Below, one piece after another: positions 47,590-59,725 of a stretch of 64,000 bases of DNA. The notes below the pieces were generated by a model, which worked only from the letters and a program-made list of their open reading frames with translations, ran no database searches and was not told the DNA's origin. The position numbers and the translations under genes are program-made. How positions within the stretch are numbered: position 1 is the first letter of the stretch; the number at the start of each line of letters is the position of its first letter. Origin of the DNA: Zancudomyces culisetae HAW-14-8 (taxonomy: Eukaryota > Fungi > Kickxellomycota); NCBI GenBank assembly GCA_052426225.1, contig JBNJNM010000010.1, positions 930,001 through 994,000 on the forward strand, given 5' to 3'.

Positions 47590-49917
47590 ATGGGAAACTC
47601 AAATTCTAGCGAAGGCCATACCAAACTCAAGAAAAAAGACAGACCCACAAAAAAAATGGAATTTCCCCAACCGACACCAGGTGGCAACGACGGTTATCCA
47701 GGCGGATACCAAGGATCCTACCAGCATCCTGGAGAGACAATGCAATTTCCAGGAAGTGAGCATGCCTATGAACAAAATTACTCATACATGGATCGAGGAG
47801 TAAATTATGGCGATGGTTACCAAATGGCAGGTAATGGTGAAATGCAATTCAGCAACACCACAGACACGGGGGAATTCCTGGTAGATAGAGCCAAGGTAGG
47901 GTATGGTCAGAACATGTGGTTCCACAATACTTGGCAAGGGGATACAGTGTACCAGAGGTTTTTACTCGTCTTTGGAGAGCTCAAGGCTCCAGAGCATGGT
48001 GTGGGAACAATAGAGGTGTTTCATAAAAACTTTCCGAAGCAGTCCTTCAAGACTGTTGACGGCGTATTTAAGATACTAGTTGAGTTGGAGGAGGGCACAA
48101 ATACCATAACCCTTATTTACAAGTCAAATGATGGGCGGTCGGTTCCTGATGCGCTGATAGTAAACATGAAACCAGCACTCCATAATGATGCAGTACACAT
48201 GGTCATGGTCATGGGAAAGGACTCGAAGGGTCAGTTTGATGTAGATCCAGACCTTCCCAATCAAAAGTTCGATCTCGATACATCGATTGCGAAATTAAGA
48301 TGTGCAGCATATATATGGCAAAGTTTTGTAGCCGAGCAAATGTATAAAAATGGCTTTGGGCGGAGAACATTTAGACTGCAGGAAGAGTTTATCCCTGATA
48401 CGATGACTAATGCTGGGAAAATAAATAAAATGACGGCTAAAATCAATTTACTGACGTCTGAGCTCACCACCGCCGAAATAAGAATGAAGGAGAGGGCACA
48501 ACAGTGGTGTCCTCCGCAGGGTTTTGTGAACACCGTGAATGACAACCAGTTTGATGTCGCATCGAGAGCACTCGACGCTAATCCAACGTTGTTTACTGAT
48601 AACGTGAGCTACATTGCCTCGTTAAGTATCGATTCGACCTGGGATCGGGATGAAAGAGTAGCACTGGGCCATGCGGCACTTGGTGGTGGTACAGAACACA
48701 GAAGACTTGCGGTTTTTGGGTCGCACCTGATGTTTGGGTGGCCTAGCTGTGTCGAAGAAATTGTACCCGCGTTTAACAACGTAACAAAAGTAAACACAGA
48801 TTATTTATCCGATGATGGAAATTGCTCGCTGGAGTACTGGAGAGCTGCAAATGTAGGAATAGGTGCGTTTTTACATGAGTTGGGACACTTGCTTACAATG
48901 CCACACACACCAACTGGGATTATGTCTCGTGGGTTTGACAATCTAAATAGAGCATTTAATGTTTCTGAGCCAGGAGTTGCAGGACCCCTAACATTGAAAG
49001 ACGACCATGGTGCGCATTTTCACAGAACTGATATAATTAGACTTCGTTACCATCCACTATTCAGGCTTCCTAACGAACCTAAATTTACACAAACACCAAT
49101 GAATGCAAACATCTACTTTACCAACGAAGGGCTATATGTGGTGTGCGAGTCCGGTATAACCATGCTAGAATGGATGGTAAACGATGAATATAGGTATCAT
49201 AGTGAATATACTCTGGAAAATCTGGAAAAAAGAAGGAACGGGAGCTTGCCCACAATTCTAGAAACAGAGAGGGCTTTGGAGAACCCAACAAGAATTCTTG
49301 TTGATTTCGATATAATAAGACAGGCATTAGCAGATGATGGATCTGTAAATAAATGGAGCTTATGGGTAACAAGCAGAGGAACTAATCGGGCTGAATTCGA
49401 AGATGTTCTTAAGCTTCAAAGATGCAGCTACAGCATTGTGCAAACTCAAAGAAAAATGTACTTCACTCAAACTTTAGGTGTATCCCAAGATTCCAACGGA
49501 ACTGCTAAAATACATTTCTCCTCAAATGCAGGAAGATCTGGCGTGACACGTCCGGGGCTAGTTCAAATTAATATATATCGTACTACAAGGTATACGATGA
49601 TCATTGGGTTGGAATTTGTACTCTCCGATGGCAGTTCAACAAAAATGGGTAACTGTCAAGACAGAACCAATATGACAGCCTTTTGTTGTACCAGCGGAAT
49701 AATTCCAAAGGTTAATGTGCGAAGCGGTTATTGGGTAGATGCGTTGGAATTCTTCAGCGTTGATTACAGTGGAAACTTGATAACTTCTGGAATGGTGGGT
49801 GGTGATGGAGGGGGGTTGTCAACTATTGAGCCTCCATTTGGGTATGGGATCTGTGGGGTTGAATGTAATTTTGGTGAATGGTTGAATTCTATTAGTTTCT
49901 TCTACATGAAAAATTAG
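47590..49917 (+). CDS. Zinc metallopeptidase (YIL108W / Metallopep family) with C-terminal jacalin-like domain
   Basis: AEQMYKNGFGRRTFRL, GHAALGGG, GAFLHELGH...PHTPTGIMSRG; C-terminal VRSGYWVDALEF and GGDGG. Confidence 0.88.
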   Translation: MGNSNSSEGHTKLKKKDRPTKKMEFPQPTPGGNDGYPGGYQGSYQHPGETMQFPGSEHAYEQNYSYMDRGVNYGDGYQMAGNGEMQFSNTTDTGEFLVDRAKVGYGQNMWFHNTWQGDTVYQRFLLVFGELKAPEHGVGTIEVFHKNFPKQSFKTVDGVFKILVELEEGTNTITLIYKSNDGRSVPDALIVNMKPALHNDAVHMVMVMGKDSKGQFDVDPDLPNQKFDLDTSIAKLRCAAYIWQSFVAEQMYKNGFGRRTFRLQEEFIPDTMTNAGKINKMTAKINLLTSELTTAEIRMKERAQQWCPPQGFVNTVNDNQFDVASRALDANPTLFTDNVSYIASLSIDSTWDRDERVALGHAALGGGTEHRRLAVFGSHLMFGWPSCVEEIVPAFNNVTKVNTDYLSDDGNCSLEYWRAANVGIGAFLHELGHLLTMPHTPTGIMSRGFDNLNRAFNVSEPGVAGPLTLKDDHGAHFHRTDIIRLRYHPLFRLPNEPKFTQTPMNANIYFTNEGLYVVCESGITMLEWMVNDEYRYHSEYTLENLEKRRNGSLPTILETERALENPTRILVDFDIIRQALADDGSVNKWSLWVTSRGTNRAEFEDVLKLQRCSYSIVQTQRKMYFTQTLGVSQDSNGTAKIHFSSNAGRSGVTRPGLVQINIYRTTRYTMIIGLEFVLSDGSSTKMGNCQDRTNMTAFCCTSGIIPKVNVRSGYWVDALEFFSVDYSGNLITSGMVGGDGGGLSTIEPPFGYGICGVECNFGEWLNSISFFYMKN

Positions 49918-50607
49918 AATCGTTTTTTTTCGTTTTTCATATTACATGTTGCATATTGCATATGGTACTCTGCGCCTAATGCCTGTTTCTCAGCCAGCTT
50001 TTGTAGTGATAATATCTTTATGTTTTGTTAGCAATGCAATGCAAGGTTTGGTTAAGTGCGAGTGCGAGTGCGAGTGCATCATTTATTGGTGAGTGCGTTA
50101 TTTTCAATTTTGTGGGTAGATTAGTTTGGCTAGTTTTCATATCGATATATTTTATTGATAGCACATATCTTGAGCATTGGTTTGCTTGGCAAACAATCGC
50201 CGTATAATAATCACTATCAATTTTTTTTATTTGTTTATTTTTTTTTAACATCCAAAACTAAATAAAAAATTAAGTATGACACCACAAAAAGCCTGCACAC
50301 TACCCAATCTCCAGAAACTCGAATAAACAAAATATCCTCCGCTTGTAATATATCCGGGAAAAAATAAAGAAAAAACGATTAATTAAAAAACCACATTATT
50401 ATTAAAGCGGAAGAAGGATTGGTGCATTGAACAAGCTGTCGAGGTGCAGAATAAATCCAACAAAAAAACATCAAACAAGAAAAAGTCAAAGGACAGCCCA
50501 ACTTAAATACAGTCAATTCTAGAGAAACGGCTCAACGCATTGAAGAAAACATCAGAGAAAACGACCAATCGAGATTAAACCCACAAAACTCAGAGAGTGT
50601 AGCAGAG

Positions 50608-52719
50608 ATGGAGAAAGGCGACGATGTGATTATAGACAAAATAGATGTGGATCATGTATCTGCAGAAATAGAAAGTGAGATCATGGCGGAAAGGGACGAA
50701 AAAAATTACTATTCTTTGCTAAACGTTACCAAGGAAGCAACCGACGAAGAGATACGTGAAGCGTATCATAAATTGAGTAGATTATATCATCCAGACCGGC
50801 ACTCTAGTACCGAAGCAAGGCAATGGTCTTCGATGGTATTTCACGAAATCCAAACCGCATATGAAACACTAACAGATCCTGTTTCGCGTGCTGCATATGA
50901 TGTTCTGGGTTCCAAGGGGCTGGTCAGTAGCACGGAGGTTGGGAGTAAAATTAAAACAAGAGCAGAATTTCTAAAAGAGTATGAGATCAAAGCTGCGCTA
51001 GAGCAGGAAAAAAAACTTGCAAATCTGGTGGGCACAAAATCAGAGTTTGTTATGGAAATCGACACAAGACTGGTGACATCAAACGCGATCCACGAAGAGT
51101 TACAAAGGAGAGGGTTGAAGGTTTCCAAGGAGAACACACTCATGGATAAAATAATCCGAACAAAATTTGTGGCAAAACATTCATTTAGCATTCCAGTTTA
51201 CGAAAAGCTAAAATTGAACTTTTATGGATCGGCCGCAGAGCTGAGTGGCAGAAAAGGTATAGGGAAATTAAATGTGGGATTGCAGTATGCGGATGCGCCT
51301 GGTAGATCCACCGAAGTGGCACTAGGAATGCTGGGTCGTTCAGAGTTGCATGATTACAAAGCATTGAGCATAAAAAGGAATGTGCAAATTGATACAGAAT
51401 CATTTTACAATATTCAAGCCAACTTTCAATCACTTCAACTAGCAACCCCACCGGTTGTATCGGCGACGCTTGGTAGAGTGGTATTTGGGACCGTAACAGG
51501 ATATATCGGGGTAAATACAGGCAACCAATACAACATAGGGCCGTACTGGGAGTTTAGCCCGGCCAGATACAAGCAAAACAGTTCCAAAAAAGGTACGTCG
51601 AAGGCTAGAAGCCGGGCAAGTTTAGACAACGAAACTGTGTCGTCTGGCCCAGCTAGAGAGTTTCATAGTTTTACCTTGGGATTGGCGGGAATTAACGTTA
51701 AAGATGTACACATACAAACATCGGCCGTATTTTCAATTCCACAACAGCAACTATCGGTGAATGCTACTCACCAGTTCGATCCGACCTATTCAATAACAGC
51801 TGGTTTATTCTATGTTGTTGCTGGTAATCAAATTCCACTGAAACTGCATGACGCACGTCAAAATCAAATAGTCGATCAACGTATTTATCGTCACAACATG
51901 ATGACCCACAACTCTACCCAGGCAGTCGTTATGAATCTTGGTGTCGAAATGTCCGTCAATGAATTTACTACACTTGGTTATGCCGTTCATTTTGGGCTTA
52001 ACCAAGGGACTTCGTTGGTTTTCAAGTACAGCCGGTTGGGCCAGCAAGTGAAAATACCAATATTGCTCTCTCCTACATTTGAACTGGAGTTGGTTGCAAA
52101 TTCAGTTGTATATCCTGTTTTGCTATCATTTCTTTATAATCTACTCGTTGTTCGCCCCTCAAAAGTAGCCAAACTCAAGGAAAAAATGGAGGAATATGTC
52201 AACTTTAGACTGCAAAAGTATCAACTTTCCAAGCTGGAGCATGAAAAGACCATCAAGTATCTACACTCAATCAGCCTAAAGAAGCTGGAGTATGAAAAGT
52301 CTGTGAATGGCCTCATCATCACTCTCGCAAAGTTTGGCGATTTGGAATCTGAATCTAACACTATTGATGTTACCACCATACTAATGGCGTATGTATCCAA
52401 TTCTCGGCTCGCAATCTTATCTTCAAATAACAAGGATGGAATTCAAGACATCGTTGGCTTCTACAACCCGATTAACAATCTCTCTGGCAACGAAACTTCC
52501 AATGACGACCAAGAGACAACCATTTACGACAACATCACCAAGAACGCCATAAAATCATGGTTTTTGAACAAATTTATGTATCCAAAAGACTTGATTTCAG
52601 GGGCGTACTCCCAACCTGAGCTTTTGGTTGAATATACATTTAATTCCAACGCACATAGGGTTGTTCTTAAAAACCACGCAGACATTATCTTGCCACTAAA
52701 AGCACATTTGATTTCCTGA
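50608..52719 (+). CDS. DNAJC11: DnaJ-domain protein, DNAJC11 family
   Basis: N-terminal J domain with HPD; YSRLGQQVKIPILLS, GLIITLAKFG, IDVT, GFYNP, VEYTF...H (DUF3395-like). Confidence 0.88.
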   Translation: MEKGDDVIIDKIDVDHVSAEIESEIMAERDEKNYYSLLNVTKEATDEEIREAYHKLSRLYHPDRHSSTEARQWSSMVFHEIQTAYETLTDPVSRAAYDVLGSKGLVSSTEVGSKIKTRAEFLKEYEIKAALEQEKKLANLVGTKSEFVMEIDTRLVTSNAIHEELQRRGLKVSKENTLMDKIIRTKFVAKHSFSIPVYEKLKLNFYGSAAELSGRKGIGKLNVGLQYADAPGRSTEVALGMLGRSELHDYKALSIKRNVQIDTESFYNIQANFQSLQLATPPVVSATLGRVVFGTVTGYIGVNTGNQYNIGPYWEFSPARYKQNSSKKGTSKARSRASLDNETVSSGPAREFHSFTLGLAGINVKDVHIQTSAVFSIPQQQLSVNATHQFDPTYSITAGLFYVVAGNQIPLKLHDARQNQIVDQRIYRHNMMTHNSTQAVVMNLGVEMSVNEFTTLGYAVHFGLNQGTSLVFKYSRLGQQVKIPILLSPTFELELVANSVVYPVLLSFLYNLLVVRPSKVAKLKEKMEEYVNFRLQKYQLSKLEHEKTIKYLHSISLKKLEYEKSVNGLIITLAKFGDLESESNTIDVTTILMAYVSNSRLAILSSNNKDGIQDIVGFYNPINNLSGNETSNDDQETTIYDNITKNAIKSWFLNKFMYPKDLISGAYSQPELLVEYTFNSNAHRVVLKNHADIILPLKAHLIS

Positions 52720-53036
52720 ATGTGACTACGAACCTGTTTTTTTTTACTACTGGTACATGTGGTTTTTTCTTAGTGTTCTACAATAAACCTGTTTTTTGAC
52801 TTTTTTTTCTTTATCCTATTTAGCTTACTAGGTGAAAGCAAGTATCTCGCCTTTTACACATAAACTTAGACACACAACACATTTTCAAATAAACTAAAAT
52901 GACTGGTTTAGAATCTTTAATTAAAGTTTTCACCAAATAATTCACTAAAAACATTTAAAGCTTTGTTATTAGCCACAACTTTCTCGAGAACAATTTAAAA
53001 ATCAGGTCATATACACATAATAGTTTCAACAGAAGA

Positions 53037-54237
53037 ATGATGATTGTTGAGGAAAAGTACTTGAAAAGGTTTATATTGCGATTTAAAACCCAAATAGAAC
53101 GGCTGAATACTGAAATTCCATTGGAAACGACTTCATTCGAAAAAGCTGGAATTTCGGACTTGGAATGCCACATTGACAATGCCAAAAAGGTACTTTTTCT
53201 ATTAATGACACTTTGCTTTTCTGCCTTCAGTGGGGGGTTTTCTTTGTTTTTTTGTTTGTTAATAACACTATTTTTCTTCTATGGGTAACCGTTAGAATTT
53301 TTTTTACCTACAAGAACTGTACAATCAGGTAAAAATTCACTATGCTGAAAAAGATGGTGGGATGGATTGGAGCGACAGTTATAAAACAGATATCACATCG
53401 CTCAACAAACAGCTGGATGCAATTTCTAGTTTTATCGATGAGAACTTGCTAGGACATAATAATAAAAATACGCCTTTGGTGCAAAAAGATGGGATTGCAG
53501 AAGCAATGGAAAAGGTGGAAGAATCAACAATAGATACCGCTACATCCATCGAAACTGAGATGGAGCCTACGGATACGCCTGTTTCTACCCTTTCCCACAC
53601 CTTTAGCTTCACTGCAAATAGCGAGGATGCCTCTCCGCTTGACAAACGGGATGGGATAGGAAAAGACGAGAATTCTGCTATTGACCTTTCAACTATCCGA
53701 AAGCGACGAAACGTAGCTACTGATAACACCAGCTCCCCAAGTATTGCTACTACTACTACATACACTGCCACTGCATCTGCTACTACATCTGCACATAACC
53801 GACATATTGAACATTTAAATGAACGGGCTCAGTTATTGTCAAATTCTGGTACGATGGCACATACAATGCACTCAAATAATACACACTATCCCACAGCTTC
53901 TGATCATTTGGACAAGTCAAAAGTCGAATCAATTATAAAAGCAGAGCGACTGACACAATCGCATCTAACTGAGGAGCTACTCTCTATGGCAGAAACGCTA
54001 AAACAAAACTCACTGACGTTTCAAACAGAGATAAAAGCTGACAATGCCGATTTAAACAAGGCGCACGACCTAACTTTAAAAAATCTGGGGGTTTTGGAAA
54101 AACAGGCCACTAGGCTTGATGTATTTAGATCAAAGAGCTGGAAAACGACCGGTTTTTCATGGCTCCTTTTATTTATAGTGATTGCCGTCTTTTTCATTCT
54201 GATACTACTTATTCGAGTCGTTCCCAAAAGATACTAG
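53037..54237 (+). CDS. USE1: ER SNARE Use1 (intron 53190-53295)
   Basis: In-frame GT-AG splice; IRKRR, Q..LTEELLSMAETLKQNSLTF SNARE helix; C-terminal TM anchor. Confidence 0.82.
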
Positions 54238-55030
54238 TTTTTACTTTTTATCTGTACTTTTATTGTCTTTTCTTTAAGCCTTTATCCTTACTTGGAAAAG
54301 TGAGGAAAAGGGGGAAAGCGAAAAGTAAAGGCCACATCAATCTTGTACATTGACTATGGGGTTTTTTTTCTCTTGAGTTTTCAGTGGCTCTTGTAACTAT
54401 CCACATTTCCTCACCATATGCTGAGATTTTGGCTATTTCTTCAAGCCTTTAGTGCTCTCAAGTTTAATGGTACAAAGCTAATTTGGCAAACAAAAACATT
54501 TTCTTTTTTTTTGGACAAGGTTTACTGGTTTGCTATTGGTGTGCCTGAGTGAATGGGTTTGTGTGCGATAAAATGTCGTATCAGTGTTTTTTTTTTTTAG
54601 CGATTATTTTTGAAAACAATTTTTACGTACTTTTTAGCAAACGCAATTCTAAACCACAAAAATATTATCAAAGTCAAAATCCGAAAAGCACGACTTCGTT
54701 AAACATTAATATATCAAGGTAAGAATTCAGTATATGTGTATATTTATAGTTCACGGTGATATCTTTCATTAATTAAATGGAATTTCTGATTCGATGTCGG
54801 ATCATTTCCGGTTTGAATTTCAGTACATTTACCTGATTTTCTATACAGTAAAAATAAAATCAAAAGATGGTGCGGAAATCCAAATTAATGCCCTTCTGCG
54901 TGAAGTTTGTATTTTGCTTTAAATCTTTTCTGTGGTGATCTGGAACAGATTCTAGAACTTTATAAAGTATATTAATGTGACTCATAATTAAGAACTTTAC
55001 ACTTTTATACAAATAACAGGTGATACCAGA

Positions 55031-55513
55031 ATGTCGATTCCCGCTCAAACAAAGTACGTAAAGCGTTTATACAAAAAGGCCCTGCAGGCAGCTTCTGACT
55101 GGTACCCAAATCCACTTGCTGTCCGGCCCATAGCCATGGCAATTCGAGAAAAATTCGAGCAAAACAAAGAGATCAAAGACCCAATTCAGCTCCAGAAAAT
55201 TTACTCCGAAGCCGAGGAAACTATCGAAGGCTATGCACATCCTCTACCATATAAATGTAAGAAAATTATAATTTTTGTTTGGCTCGTGTCCCTCTGCTAT
55301 TCTGATAACTCTTATCTTTTTGTTAGAATGTGAGAATTGGCTTGTTTGGCAGATAGGCCAGAGACGATAGATATTTTTGTTTGTTTGTAAAAGGCATAAA
55401 ATCTAACACCCTCTTCTTGTATTAACATGAAAATAGACCCAACCGCCGTAGGTGGTTCGAAATACGAGCGTAATATGTGGTTTGAGAAGGGATTTAAATA
55501 CGATCAAGAATAA
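55031..55513 (+). CDS. NDUFB9: Complex I subunit B22 (LYR family), intron 55257-55436
   Basis: VKRLYKKAL...DW...IREKFEQNK...HPLPYK|YPTAVGGSKYERN. Confidence 0.92.
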
Positions 55514-57480
55514 TTAGTTCGTTTTCGTTGGTTTTTATTTTCTACTTACAAGTCACAACATGGTTCATGCTCTGTTAAAATAAATGATTTCTTTTTTTAT
55601 GCCATAGCCAGCCCCTGGTCGTGTTTAGTAAACAATGGCTTGCTAGGGTGGTGCAAGGCCATGACTACCAATTACACGAGCTAGATTGACACCATTTTTA
55701 AGGGCAGACCAAAATACAAGCTTGTATTTGTATTTCTTTACTAACTAGCAATGAATACACAAGTATTTGTAATTTTGATAATTGCGGAGGCTTCAACAAA
55801 AAATAAGCTCTACATGATGAGATGCAAGTTATTTTATCACATCATCCCCTTTAAACGATAATACTTTGTTCTCACAATGAAGACATTATTAATTCTAGCG
55901 GTGATCTATTGGTAGACATGTGGTATTAGGTAGTTTCTGGCTTTGGGGACTGGGACTTGGTATAGATTCTACTTTCCAGATTGTCAACCTCGAATTGGAG
56001 AAAACAAATGAGCAACCCCGAGTTCATTAGCTGCCAAATATGGACATGATGCCCCCCGCTTTCAACTTTTGTCGGGGAGTAACCCATTCTCACAGTTACT
56101 ACTGCCTTTAAACTCTGGTGAACTAATGTAAGTGTACCGATGCACTTTTTCTAGAAATCTGAAAATAACTCTTGGTATACCCCTACTATAAAACACCACA
56201 AATGAATTAACATTGAGGCATAGAGGATTTGAACGAACAAACGTAAGCACATAAAGATAAACACAATTATCAAATACTTTTATAGCTCGAAAAAAAAAAG
56301 AATACAAAACAAAACAAAACAAAACAAAATGATATCAAGCTCTTATACACCATCAGCCCAGATCTTGAACATCACAATGTGATGGCATTTTAAACTTTGA
56401 CCTTTTGGTCGTTCCTATTCAGAATTAGTAAAAAGATGTATTGGTAGTGGTAAACAGTGCTGGCCTATCTCGTATTATAAAACCTACAATATAAAACGTA
56501 AACAAAGTTTGCAATTCACCAATTCTGATCAATGAGATATGCAAACAATTTGGCTAATTACGCTATTGTTATTATGCCTGAGAATAGGTCCCGGTATAAA
56601 CAAACAAACTGAGGTGTATCTACCCACCACACTAAACTTGTTTTTTTTTTTACCATTTATTTGCTAGTTGTGTTGCCTCATGTGCACTTGGATTTGGAAT
56701 TGCAAAAAAATTGCCAACAAGAGGAATTTAAGTATGGTATTGGACACTCTAGTTTAGCAGAAAAGGAAAACTAAAATAAAAACAATTTTGATGAGTATTG
56801 GTTAATTTTCCTTTTTTTTATTTATGGTAGTAAGCAAATAAAACCATGTCCAAGGTCATTGATGGTAAACAAAAGGATATTTACAATGATGTGGTTGGAT
56901 CATTTTAATGTGTTATGGATTTTGTTTACAAAATTGAAATCTAGTCTTATTGTTGTTTTTTTATCCTCCTGTCGTATTTATTCTGCTATTTGCTGACTTG
57001 GTTTACCAGGTCAGCATTTTGCATTAAAATGTATATAATTTAAGAGAAAGACATCTTTGCTATTACTGTTTACAAGTCCGCTAAAAAGATGTTTTTGGGA
57101 TTTATATGCCCAATTGTAGCCACAAAATACACGAATAAAGATAGGGGAATGCTTGATGCACAAATAAATTATTATTGATGCTCTATTGTGGTGGTTGACT
57201 GCAATGTTTTTGATTTTGACTATCGTTGGCTGATAAAAGGCTGTTTTGTTTTGTTTTGATGCATTTTGGTACAAAAAGAAAATTGAAGTCCTTCTCAAAG
57301 TTGTTTTAATAATAACCGTGTTGAACACAACTGGTATTGAGACTAAAAATAGTTGTAATCAAAGAGATATATTAGGGTGGAGGAAGAGCAATAAACACCA
57401 TTGATCTGAACAAAGCTCATACTTTGGGTTTAGAAAAAAAAACACTATACTATTATTTAAAAAAGACCATACACGGAAGG

Positions 57481-58767
57481 ATGGATGTAGATATGAAGGA
57501 AAAAGTGCAGGAGGGGGGATCCGAAAGCTCTTTTAGTACAGACAGGGGATACAATGGGTTTTCCGAAGAAACCAAGCTAGACGAGCGAGAGTACGAAGAG
57601 CACATGCATGAAAACGCACGTCGAAACTCGAAAAGCCTTTCTATTGAAATAAATCCCGATTTTCCAAACGACGAGCATCCCTCTTGTGATACATATCATC
57701 CTGAAGCCCGCAGCTCGGAATCATTAAGTGTGAGGGACAGCTTTTCCATATCTAGCTGTCTCATGAGCTCTCCAGAGACGAAAACCCCACTACCCATAGA
57801 ACATGGCTCTTTAGCTGTAGGTACATCAACTCAAACTATTCATGATAAAGATGCGGCAACTCTTGTAGATACATTGGATAGTAGCTCTGGTAACGAGGCC
57901 AGAAGAACGCACAAAAATATATTACCAAGAATGGGATTTAGTAGCAATAACGAATACGAAACCGATGGAACCATAACTGATGATGAACTCGTGGGATTGG
58001 AGCCATATACGAAACTTGGCGAATGTAAACCATACAGCAATTACTTTACAATAAAAGAAAACCTTGTGGGTGCTGGCGATTCCAAACACGAAAATTATCC
58101 CAGGGACAGCAGAGCTGCTTTGAGCCAGGAAAAAAATGCAAAGTCTTTTAGATCTTCATATAAGCTTAGAAAGGATTGTGCATATAGCCCTACTCCAATA
58201 AATCGGATGCAGGCTGGGAACTTGAGTAATAATTATAATAGGGTCCATACTCATCAAAATCTGGAGAAATACATGACTTCTTCATTTAACAGAGCTGATA
58301 CCACAGAAGTATATAAAAACAACGACTATCCGACATCTCAAGCAGAGAACAGCGATGCAACTATAACAGATGACGAACTTTTGGAATTTTCCGAAGAGTT
58401 TGTTTCCAGTGACCGATACCCTCACGCAGAATATTATCCAGAAAATAATAATGATTACAATATGTATATGGACTATTTAAAATGGAAAAAGATGCACTGC
58501 ACGAACCAATATCAAAGACAAAAGCTGGCTCAGAAGGTAAACCAGAGCCTAGTGTATAAAGCAGCCAGAGGATCCTTCCCAACTGAGGAAGCCTTTTGTC
58601 GCGATATAGAGCAGAGCTTTTATCACAAAGTCTCTACAAACAATAGCCCCTTTGGTCGAAAAAGATTTATGGCAAGTAGAGAAAAGCCACTGTTTTTAAA
58701 TTCGCCGCCAGGACCAAAGTATGTACATCTACGCTCCAGCCCTTCGAAGTATAAGATAAGCAAGTAG
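57481..58767 (+). CDS. Hypothetical, largely disordered protein
   Basis: Open frame of ~428 aa from the first ATG; Ser/Asp/Glu-rich; no recognised domain. Confidence 0.65.
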   Translation: MDVDMKEKVQEGGSESSFSTDRGYNGFSEETKLDEREYEEHMHENARRNSKSLSIEINPDFPNDEHPSCDTYHPEARSSESLSVRDSFSISSCLMSSPETKTPLPIEHGSLAVGTSTQTIHDKDAATLVDTLDSSSGNEARRTHKNILPRMGFSSNNEYETDGTITDDELVGLEPYTKLGECKPYSNYFTIKENLVGAGDSKHENYPRDSRAALSQEKNAKSFRSSYKLRKDCAYSPTPINRMQAGNLSNNYNRVHTHQNLEKYMTSSFNRADTTEVYKNNDYPTSQAENSDATITDDELLEFSEEFVSSDRYPHAEYYPENNNDYNMYMDYLKWKKMHCTNQYQRQKLAQKVNQSLVYKAARGSFPTEEAFCRDIEQSFYHKVSTNNSPFGRKRFMASREKPLFLNSPPGPKYVHLRSSPSKYKISK

Positions 58768-59306
58768 CTACGATCAAAGTTCATCCGGCTACGTCATTCC
58801 TCTGCAATAGACTGTATAACTTCATTCTTGTCGCATGCATACACATACCTGCACACCCACACAATTGGTGCCTAATATAGGTGTGAAGAAACTCTTAGTA
58901 TTTTTGTTAATTGAGGCTTTTATTTAAAGTTAGTTTGTATACTTTTTCTCCCACCTCATATTGCGAAAATAAATTGTACATTAGAAACTGAAGTTGGATA
59001 CCTTGGATCAAATGATATTGAGTGGGTAGTTTTTGGTTCTTGCTACAACTGTTCAACATCGTAGTTAGCTAATATCCAAAGGGATTTTAGTGTGTATCAT
59101 TTATTAGAGAACAACACCGATTTGCCGAGTCTTCAAATAAAAACATATTTCTATCCGCAAAGTAGTATGGGATGGGTTGTATCTAAAAGCCAAAGCTAAA
59201 ATGGGATATATTTAGAGTATTTTTATTAGCAAATATATCGACAGAGTTTTATTGAAAAACAAGACAAGTTAAAACTAAATAAGAAATCTAACCGATAAAA
59301 CTGAAT

Positions 59307-59725
59307 CTATCCGGTTTTAAAGAGGAGCACAGCAGTTTTCTCATAGTAAAAGTAGATGAAGAAGTGGGTTTCTATAATTAATAGTATTAATCAGTACCAA
59401 TCAAGAATGAAAATACATTATCAATCGTATAAATCAAATGGAGAAAATGAAAAGCGAGTTAAGAAGGGTAGAGACAAAGAAAAAAGGAAACGTAAACGGA
59501 GGGAGCGAGAGGGGACTTACCATGAGTTACATATGATCCAAAGTTTTTACCGACAACAGCGTGCCATGTTGGGCCAAATTTCTTGTCGCATTCTCTTTTG
59601 ATGTGCGAGGCAATGTCTTTTTCGATTTTGAATTCAGTGAAGGCAGCAGTAGCAATTTCGACAATTTCGTTTTGGAGCTGCTCCTCCATATCGGCGCTTT
59701 TGATTGTTATTTTTGAGTCAGCCAT
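59307..59725 (-). CDS. DYN2: Dynein light chain LC8 (intron 59520-59372)
   Basis: IKSADM...[35 protein letters not shown]|ETHFFIYFY...LLFKTG. Confidence 0.95.

Noticed and set aside
52840-52870. TCGCCTTTTAC matching U5 snRNA loop 1
   Set aside because: The closing stem is poor, and no Sm site or conserved internal loop was found.
54826-54840. CATTTACCTG resembling the U1 5' end
   Set aside because: No U1-70K or U1A loops and no Sm site follow.
33761-55513. Functional clustering of mitochondrial genes (TOM20, DNAJC11, NDUFB9)
   Set aside because: They are interspersed with unrelated genes, and there is no evidence beyond chance.
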